Shown one piece after another: positions 55,500 to 64,000 of a stretch of 64,000 nucleotides of DNA. A model generated the notes under the pieces. That model ran no database searches. It worked only from the letters and a program-made list of their open reading frames with translations, and was not told the origin of the DNA. The position numbers were made by a program, and so were the translations under genes. This DNA comes from Microbotryum violaceum. Lineage: Eukaryota. The stretch covers positions 3,177,591 to 3,241,590 of the forward strand of contig LN717261.1 of NCBI GenBank assembly GCA_001244265.2, read 5' to 3'. Numbering within the stretch: position 1 is the stretch's first letter; every line of letters starts with the position of its first letter.

Positions 55500-58400
55500 A
55501 GGTGGGAGAGTCGAAAAAGTGACCCGACCGGCCAAGAGACAGGGGTCGAGAGGAAGTGAGCGCGGGAGAGGGGTAGAACCGGGAACGAGACCGAGAACGG
55601 AAACGGGATTCTGAACGAGCGTTGAAGCAAGCCGAAAGTGAGAGCTGTATAAGATGCTGTGCTGGATCCTAGGAGTGGTCTACCTAAGAACAAGAAGCAA
55701 GCTCCCTTGAGACGTCCCGCTCCGCCCCCTTCCTTCCTGTTCCTTTTCACCTTTCACCACCTTCAACCCGCAAGTAACCGCCCTTCCCTTTTTTTCCTGC
55801 ACGTAACCGCTCTTGCCGCTGCATCCTCTTCCGGCCCGGTCTTCCGTCCGAACCCCGCACCCCGCCCTACGTTCCCCACCATTTCTCGTCAGTTTCCGAG
55901 TTTTCTCCGCGCAGAGGTGAAGGGGGCGTCATAATCGCCTCCTGTGAGCCGTCTTTAGCGTTCTTTATCCGTCCGACCCGGTGCTCCGTATGGACTTCTG
56001 CCGCCCGATTGTTGGATGATCGTTGATCCTTGAGAGATCGAAGTACTGACTTAATGTACCGGGAAGCGCTTTATTGATGAGATATCTGCTGTGAAGAGCG
56101 TCCCCCGGCCGTGCCCACAACTGAGACAGGCTCTCCTCTCCTTAAGCTCTTTACTTTCTTTCCTTTTCTGGGCTTCAGACTACCTAGACGTTGTGGATCG
56201 TCCTGAAATGACCCGAAACGTCAACAGCCAATTGCAGCAGTTCTCGCGACCTTTCAGAGATCACACCCTTAAATCCACCTGCCGTTAACCTGATCGATTG
56301 CCCGAGGTAACTTGTCGTCAAGGCGCCAAAGTCCGGAACTTGAGGGCTGTTAGGTCCATAGATCCGTGCGTTCCGGATCCGGGGACCACCAGCTGAGTGC
56401 CGCATCCAACATCCGAGGCCGGGGGGGTCCTTGCGCCGCGACGTATTGCGTGGCGCCATCCTGAACACCCCGCAGATTGAATTGTGCAAGGGGTGCGAAG
56501 GGAATGTTACGGCTCAACTAGGTAGAGTCTATGAGCAGAGCAGGTTCAAATGAATCGAGACAGTTGTGTCTGACCTTGCACGGTCAATACCAATAGTGTC
56601 CTTTCTGACACCCAGTGGCAGCTGACTTCGGAAATCGTGGTCCGCAGTCAGTTCCGGGACTATTCGCACTGTGCTCATCGGGAGTTCTTCTCCGGTCGTT
56701 AACGGATTTGAAATCACAGCAGTTCCGAGCTTGGTTGATTGCCGCCTTACAAATGTGTGCATTCAAAACATCGAATCTTTCCTCATTCTACTCCTTTCCC
56801 CCTCCTTCGCGTGCAGCTTCAGTGCTACAGCGTTCGAACATCATCTTGACTCGCAGCGGCGCGCTCACTGCTCCCCAAGTCATTGTAAATCGATCGAATA
56901 GATTTGCTTCGCAGACTCGGTCCCTGAAAATGTTTGATCCTCCTCGTTTTTCTTCGACCGAAGAGCAAACTTCTTCGTTACATTGCTTGAAGTTGAAGAG
57001 GGGTCCTTGCAGCCAGTCACGGAGGGGGATGCGTTCTTCATTGTCGAGCGCGAACGCGCTTCAACAAGAATTTTGTGGCGGGCATTGACTTGTGTGAGAG
57101 GAAAAGGAATCAGATGTTAGGTATTAGGGTGGAGTTTGGTAGTGGAAGGGGTGAGTTAGGGGTGCTTACGAGCGTGGAGGATGCAGACCGTGTAGAGGGC
57201 CCCGAGGATGACGGTGCAAAAATTCCATGACTATCGTACGGAACTCCAAATAGTGTGCCAGTTCAGAATACTAGGAGCGGTGGCGAGAATTGCGCACTAT
57301 CTGAAATTCCGGGTGGAAAATTACTCACCCGTCCAGAGGGATTGATGATCTGCAAAATCGCCATCACGGCCGAGACGATCGCAGGTGGGATGCAAGTCGT
57401 GACTGCAAGTGATGCGAGACGGCTGAGCATGTAGTCGAGGCTGTGGAATGGAATCGTGAGACCTGACGTGAGCTTCTGGGGTTGAATATGTAATCGATGT
57501 ATATCTCAAACAGAGCGACGTACCGGTGACCGACGGCTTTCTTCCTCGTCTGAAGCGCGTAATACGCGAATGCGGCGGAGAGGTAGACATCCGTGATCTG
57601 CGGCAAGAAATCGGAACATTCGAACTATCAGTAGTTGCCAAAACTAACTGCGAGTGTGCCACTCACAAAGAGACAGAAAGCCCAGCCTGGGACCCAGACG
57701 GTGTTTGCTCCCGTGTAGGCTTTCTTCCCTAGGCTATGCCCGACTACAAGAATATCACAGGGGGGTGAGCCGCTGTCCCTCTGTAGGCGATTGTATGCGG
57801 CTGTATAGCTTACCCAATTTCGTCGCAAGGATGGTGAAAGAAATGAGCGAAGAGAGTGTGCCCAAGACTCCCAGAAGCGTGGGAAGGATGCGTTTCAAGG
57901 AGGCCTACAGTGTCGAAGGAACGCGAGTGATTAAGATCGGAAAAGTACAAGTTTACTGGAAGGGAGCACTTACGACCCAAAGACGATAACAAAGATAGCA
58001 TTGAGCAGCGATGAGAGGGATGTCGTTCAGGACGATCGCGGCTCGGTCGGTCCAGGGAAAGGGGGGCGGGGTTCGTTTGCCGTAGCGGGCGAAGAGGCAC
58101 TGACAAACGCCACAAACGCCGGGGTCGAGGAGCATGGATTAGCTAGGGGCATCATCGAGAACTCGGAGGGAAGACGTACTGTAGCATAGACGGTCTTGAG
58201 ATTGCAGAGTGACTTAACGCTCAGAACAGACACGACAAAAATGAGGAGTACTCTGTCGGAATTCACCACCGCCAAAGTCCAGAGCGTGAGCTCCGTGTAT
58301 ACTACGAGCCGAGGCGCGGAAGCCCGAAGAAGTTGCTCACTTGAAATAAATCGGATCTTTCGAGCCGCGTCGGAAGTACCACGTTGTTTGAGCCGCAACC

Positions 58401-59000
58401 ATTCCAAGGAGGAAAGTTTGGAAAAAGATGCCGACTACGAAGGCGCCTGGCGAGATAACGGTAAGAAGGACATGGTGCGTGTTCGGTCAGTTTGTCTGCA
58501 CCGGAAACTTCCCCACGGGTTTCGTCCTCTCTCTCGCGATCGTCGACATCCAGTTGTACCCGGGCCAGCTTGCGCATGAGGATGTGTACTCACCTCGTTC
58601 ATGCTCCATAGCGCCCATCATCCCTCTCACTCCCGCGCCCGAAGGCTGCAAAAGGAAAGCCATAGTCGCCACGTTGCGCTTGGTCGTTGCGACAGGGGGG
58701 GTTTAATGCCGTTGTCCTTGGGTCGAAAGGGCGCGGGCAAGTGCCGAGCCGGAGCTGTTCTGGATAGGGCACAAGGGGGGAGCAATGCAGATGGGCCGGG
58801 CCGGTTACTGTAACCAATGCGATCGTGATAGGTACACAGATCCGAGCGAGGGTGCGCTGGGAGCCTCTCTTGATGAGAAAGGCCGATTCCCCTATCCCTG
58901 AAGCTCGTTAGAGCTGAAGGTCTCGTTTCGGAAAATGGGGGGTCCCAGCCTCGAAAGTGGTGCAATTCTGAGATTTTATTGGACGGAATGGCCGAAATAC
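55500..59000. repeat. Dispersed degenerate repeat family E
   Basis: 56560-56730 and 58390-58820 recur inverted at 63075-63235 and 63570-64000; short matches to 38030-38130. Confidence 0.7.
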
Positions 59001-59262
59001 CCCGCACGCGCGTGGCTATTGAAGTCCCATAGGAGAGCCCGATTTCAGCGCCGATTGGTGCAAACGCCAGTTCGTCGGATCCCCCGAACTGCGACAAATG
59101 ATGCAGGACCGTTACCATATGAACCGGTACATATATGCCCTCAAAACTAATTCTATCCACATCCTCAAACACAAGCAGGACGTACAGAGATGGTTCAACG
59201 AAATGCATGAGGCTTTAGAAAATGCAACACGACGACGTCTACAACAAGATAGAGGACACACT

Positions 59263-59830
59263 GAAGCAATCATGAAAGATTTAATGTTGTGTTTAATATT
59301 ATCTCAACTGGCCAATAAACATAATGGTAATGTAAATGTAGTTAATAATACAAAGTAAAGAGATAAGCCATCAACACCAAGTACCCAAGTTTCGTTCTGT
59401 AAACAGGCGGGTCCTTTTGGCACATCGAAAGATTTGGCAAAGTTTAGGCTAGTAAATGATTGAGTAAACTGGAAAGAACTTGAACTACTATCAAATTCAG
59501 CCCATAAAATCATTGATAAAATGAAGGTGATTACAGTAGCTAGAAGGGCAACACGTTTTACCCTTGAAACTTCTGCGGCTGTAGAGTCATTCATGGGGAA
59601 TAGAATTAGAGCCCCCAATAGAGGAATAATAATCAATGATGTAAGCATAATAAGGAAGGTACCTTTTAAAAGGAAGAATATGAACATGACACCCAGCGTT
59701 GTTTTACTTATACCGATTTCCTAAGGGAAAGAGTAAAACAAGCAGAGGGAATAAACATGGTATCCAATTAATTGATCTTCTTATATAATCATACCTTTTC
59801 ATTCCTTTTTCCTTTTCTTTTTTATACTCC
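59263..59830 (-). pseudogene. nad4: NUMT: 5' part of mitochondrial nad4 plus upstream AT-rich sequence
   Basis: ATG at 59648: MLTSLIIIPLLGALIL...LWAEFD...LGVDGLSLYFVLLTTFTLPLCLLAS(TGA=W)DNIKHNIKSFMIA; abrupt AT richness; mitochondrial code. Confidence 0.9.
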
Positions 59831-59899
59831 TTTATTTTCCTCGCGCGCTTTATACTCCTTTATTTTCCTCGAGTGACAAGCTCCCAGAGGACTCTAGAT

Positions 59900-61356
59900 C
59901 TGCACCAAGGGTAAAATTCGCTCCGCCCAAAACATCGACGTCGACATCGCTCGGTAGCACGATTGTGCAGCTCCACGCAGACTTCTGGCTTCGATCAGGT
60001 GAAGACGGGCCAGTCGTCATTATCCAAGGCCCGTGGAGCGATAATTCTTGCTGGATTGACTCAACGCTTATCGCATTGCTCTCGGTCGCCAACGGATTGG
60101 AACCATGGCTGCAGTGTCTGGATATCCTTAACACCCATACGGCCTACGTGATTCCTCCACTTGGCAATGAGATGGTGTTGAGGCCCCGCCCTCGATATTT
60201 GGCACTCGAGCTATGGGATGCGATTCGCGAATACACAGCATTGGCTCGAAAGTTTGATATGAAACCGGCGGCGAACGCCATTGATGCATACACACAATTA
60301 CGAGAACGGATGATTTCCACTGTGGTTGGGATGTCGAAAGAGCGCGGAAGCCATTTCACAACTCCATTTAAGCGGGGAGTTATAGTAGCCCAGTAGTCAG
60401 TCAATCACTTAGCGAACCCCGCCCTCCCAAGACGTTTAAAACTGGACGCTAATCATCACTTTTTTCGGCAGACCTGGCTCGAGACACTTCACTCGTTCAC
60501 CGTCGATCATCCGGTTCTGCCAAGCGCTGTCACGTTGAATGATCCCGACCGAACTCTCGTCGAATTACATCTTCAACGAGCCGGGTATTGCACTGCCTGC
60601 AACTGCATTCAGATTGAGGTGTCCCCAAAGACGACAGTTTGTGGTTGACTGGCCCCTTCTCATCTCAAGTCTCCACCTGCCTTCGCATTCGCTGGAAACG
60701 TTGTCGGACGTCCTCGCCTCAATCGTTGGGCAACCGTTGAAATTGTACACAGAGGCAAAGAACTCAGGCCGTCGGCATCACAAGCGCAATTGCCCCGGAG
60801 GCTCTTACGTGCAATTCGTTTCAATCACCTCGCTCCCCCGTGTTATTGTGATCAACATCAACAATATTCACCGGAACATTCACTGGCCCCAGCTGAGCTA
60901 CGCTTCGGTGTTTCGGACCAAATGCCAGAGATGGTCTGGCGCCTTCGGTCAGGAGTGTACAACATCAACAATTCACATTTCGTTACGAACGCGACGGTTG
61001 GATACGGGCAAGAGGCCGCATGCTATCATTTCGACGCAATCAAAGGCTCTCTCGCTAGGCCGATAGGGGACAGGAACGCTGGCGGATTAGTTTCCGTTCT
61101 TTTCTACGAGCTAGAAGAGGAGTCATTGAAATTCTTACAAGCCTTCAACCTAATGCTAACGCGGCAGTGGCACGAAATGTGGAGTCTATACCATGAGCCC
61201 TCCGATCCTACCGATATTGGCATTAAAGTGTCAAGTCTACCACCCAAAGGGACTCTTGAAGAAGGACAAGGTGTCTGGAAGATGGAAGATGCGTCGGCTT
61301 TTTTTCATGAATGCGAGATAGTGAGTGTCGGGAACGCCAAAAAAGCAGATCAATAG
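59900..61356 (+). pseudogene. USP-like (papain-fold) cysteine peptidase domain, frameshifted or spliced
   Basis: Cys-box-like WSDNSCWIDSTL; LPRVIVIN; His-box-like NSHFVT...YHFDAI. Confidence 0.5.
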
Positions 61357-61515
61357 AGCTGACGATGCTCTCCTCTTACAATGATTTCCAGAGGTGTAGT
61401 GCTCCTGGAGGAAATCACAGTGGGAACATTCATGTTGATGGCAAGTTTGACTCACAAAGTTGTGCCCAAGTGGTCCAGTGAAGTTTTGGCCTTGTCAATC
61501 ACTAATGTAGTGTTA

Positions 61516-62720
61516 CAGTAGGGGCTATGATAGCGGTCAGCAATAGTATGTATAACTAAACTTAGTGCAAAAATGGGCATGGCGATACTTTGACAACCAC
61601 TGGTGTGCGGAAAGAGTCAATTATTCACCAGCAGCAGCCAGTGCTCTTTGCGCGCGAGCGTATCCTTACGCATGTCACGTGCGCGCGCGGGCGTATCCTT
61701 ACACATGTCGACACATGTAAGGATACGAGGGTGCGGTAAGGATACGGGAGGTGCGGTAAGGACACAGAAATTTTGAATCACTACAAGTCTTGCAATATAC
61801 ATGCTATCATGTAGTCCTTGCAGACACCATTCAGAAATAGTTATATGTTGATGTTACAATATCAAGATGAACAGATTTGGTTGTGTATTGACCTTAACTC
61901 ATGTGTAAGGATATATCCTTACATGTATACAAGCCGACGAGCCGCCTGCTGGAACAGTCCGAAATGCCCCGAAACAGCCGAGAAGCGAGCACAGGATAGC
62001 AAAGGCGGCGGTTGACACATTGACAGGCTAGTCGCGACGTGCTTCTCTCTCCTCTTCCGCCGACAACGACACCGAAATGAACATCTTTACAATCCGAGAA
62101 GCCATCATCAGAAATTCCTCTTCATATCATCATGGTCTCATTCCCTTCCCGGAATTCAACTGCTGGCGCCACGCTCAGATCTTGTCTGATCGCAGGGATA
62201 AAGGATCGACCGACCATACACCTCTTCCCAACGGTCGCGGGCCTCTCGATGGCGATCGCGGCATCATTGGCAACGCGATGAACGCTCTGAAGACGGCGAA
62301 CGATGAGCTGGTCGAAAAGGGGGTAGTTACGAGCAACGAGAAGATGAGTATCCACTTTCTCGTCGATGTGGAGGAGAAGAGCCTTGCTGGTGGGGCTGAA
62401 ATGACCGATCAGGAGATTGTGGACCTGGGGCCATTGCCGAAGAGTTGGAGGAGAATTGCGAGGGAGAACTTGAAGGAGGAGAGGAGGAAGCAGAGATAGA
62501 GCTCGGACCGGCGGAGCGAACGACGCTGAAGGAGGCAATCTCAGCGCTTGGTAACTTCCTTAATTAGGGTTGCTATAAATGGGTACTCAGGTCCAACGAA
62601 TTTGGTTCCTTTTGAGGACGACGCTAAGAGGATTCGCAGGACTTTTGTTGCCGAGCAGGATGCCGCGAGGATTCAGACGACAATGACTTCGTATTTCCAC
62701 TGCAGCGTCAGTAGGTCAAG
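61516..62720 (+). mobile_element. pogo/Fot1-like Tc1/mariner remnant (internally deleted)
   Basis: TA then CAGTAGGGG start; NCWRHAQIL, MSIHFLV...MTDQEIV and QTTMTSYF are typical of the pogo transposase C-terminus; right TIR not found. Confidence 0.6.
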
Positions 62721-62939
62721 AATTTTTTTCTTGGAGCTTTCAAAGCTATGTCATCATGCCTCAGTAGAGGCCGTACATTGGCTGCAATTTAGTAATTCGG
62801 GGCCTTCTAAATTTCCTCCCCCTCAAAATTCAATGTATCGACTCAGACGATGCACCAAAATTCTTGATTTGATGTAGGAAGCTCAAGAACAGAGTTTCAG
62901 GTCATAATGCAGTGATCTGAAGCCGAAGTCTCCAAACTT

Positions 62940-64000
62940 ATACCTGTCTTGATTTATGGAAAAATCCGTACACCGCAAATTCGAATTTTCTCAGGTTTGA
63001 CTGTAGCTGACAACGTGTTACTCCGTCAGAGGTCCAGGGACCCGTCGCCCCCTCCGGGGGCGCGTTAATCAAGTTCAGAATTGCTGTGATTCCAAACCCG
63101 TTAACGACCGGAGAAGAACTCCCGATGAGCACAGTGCGAGTAGTCCCGGAAATGATTGCGGATCACGATTTCCGGAGTCAGCTGCCACTGGGTGTCAGAA
63201 AAGACACTATCAGTATTGACCGTGCAAGGTTAGACACAGCTAGCTCAAATCCCTGAAACTTGTTAGAGCTGAAGATTTCGTTTCGAAAATGGGGGGGGGG
63301 GGGGGGGGGGGGGGGCGGGGTCCCAGCCTCGAAAATGATGCTACATAGCCTTCTTAATAACGCCTCTGCGCCGAACATTCATGAGCCCCTGAGCAAGCAA
63401 TCGGCTCCTTTCCAACCGCCACCGGATCTCGTAAAACTGTTCGCGGCAGAGTCGACGGATGCGACGGTGCGACGGAAATCAAACTAAAATAGGGGAAGCG
63501 GCCATTCCCTTCAAAGGAAGCTCCCACCGCATCTCTTCCTCCTTGGGTTTGTGGGCCTACCACGATCTCATTGGTTACAGTAAACAGCCCTGCCCATCTG
63601 TATTGATTCCGGCTTGAGCCCTCTCCAAAACAGCTCCGTCTCGGCACTTCTCTGCGCCTTTCGACCCAAGGACAACGGGGCCGGGGCTAAACTCCTCTGT
63701 CTCGCAACAACAAGCGCAACGTGACCACTATGGCTTTGCTTGTGCAACCTTCGGGCGCGGGAGTGAGACGGATGATGGGCGCTATGGAGCATGAACGAGG
63801 TGGGTACACATCATCATGCGCAAGCTGGTCCGGGTCAACTGGATGTCGACGATCGCGAGAGAGAGGACGAAACCCGCGGGGAAGTTTCCGGTGCAGACAA
63901 ACTGACCGAACACGCACCATGTCCTTCTTACCGTTATCTCGCCAGGCGCCTTCGTAGTCGGCGTCTTGTTCCAAACTTGCCTCCTTGGAATGGTTGCGGC
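62940..64000. repeat. Inverted, internally deleted copy of family E, including a ~25-nt G run at ~63290
   Basis: Reverse-complement matches to 56560-56730 and 58390-58820. Confidence 0.8.

Noticed and set aside
57115-57165. Interstitial telomere repeats (TTAGGG)
   Set aside because: Only two or three scattered hexamers, not a tandem array.

Overview
Repeat-dense fungal nuclear DNA, most consistent with a basidiomycete of the Pucciniomycotina (Microbotryomycetes-like); the taxon is inferred, not shown. Five host genes are supported: a tandem-repeat CAAX lipopeptide mating-pheromone precursor (5495-5686), a MIC26/27 (ApoO)-like gene, a Ran1/Pat1-family kinase, a Ser/Pro-rich hypothetical protein and a Tra2-like RRM protein. 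They lie among a full-length Ty1/copia inactivated by CpG transitions, solo LTRs with TSDs, Helitron, CACTA-like, KDZ-like and pogo-like remnants, a long-TIR element family, a ~145-bp minisatellite and a nad4 NUMT. The most interesting structure is at ~25.0-33.55 kb. There an APE-RT (L1/Tx1-like) LINE family has inserted antisense into the 3' UTR of its own older copies, at ATTC each time (three such junctions). The result is a nest with alternating orientation, a ~2.6-kb near-perfect inverted repeat and covarying 3'-UTR hairpins, all inside a TIR-bounded element. The pheromone gene plus heavy TE load suggests a mating-type (non-recombining) region, which is inference.
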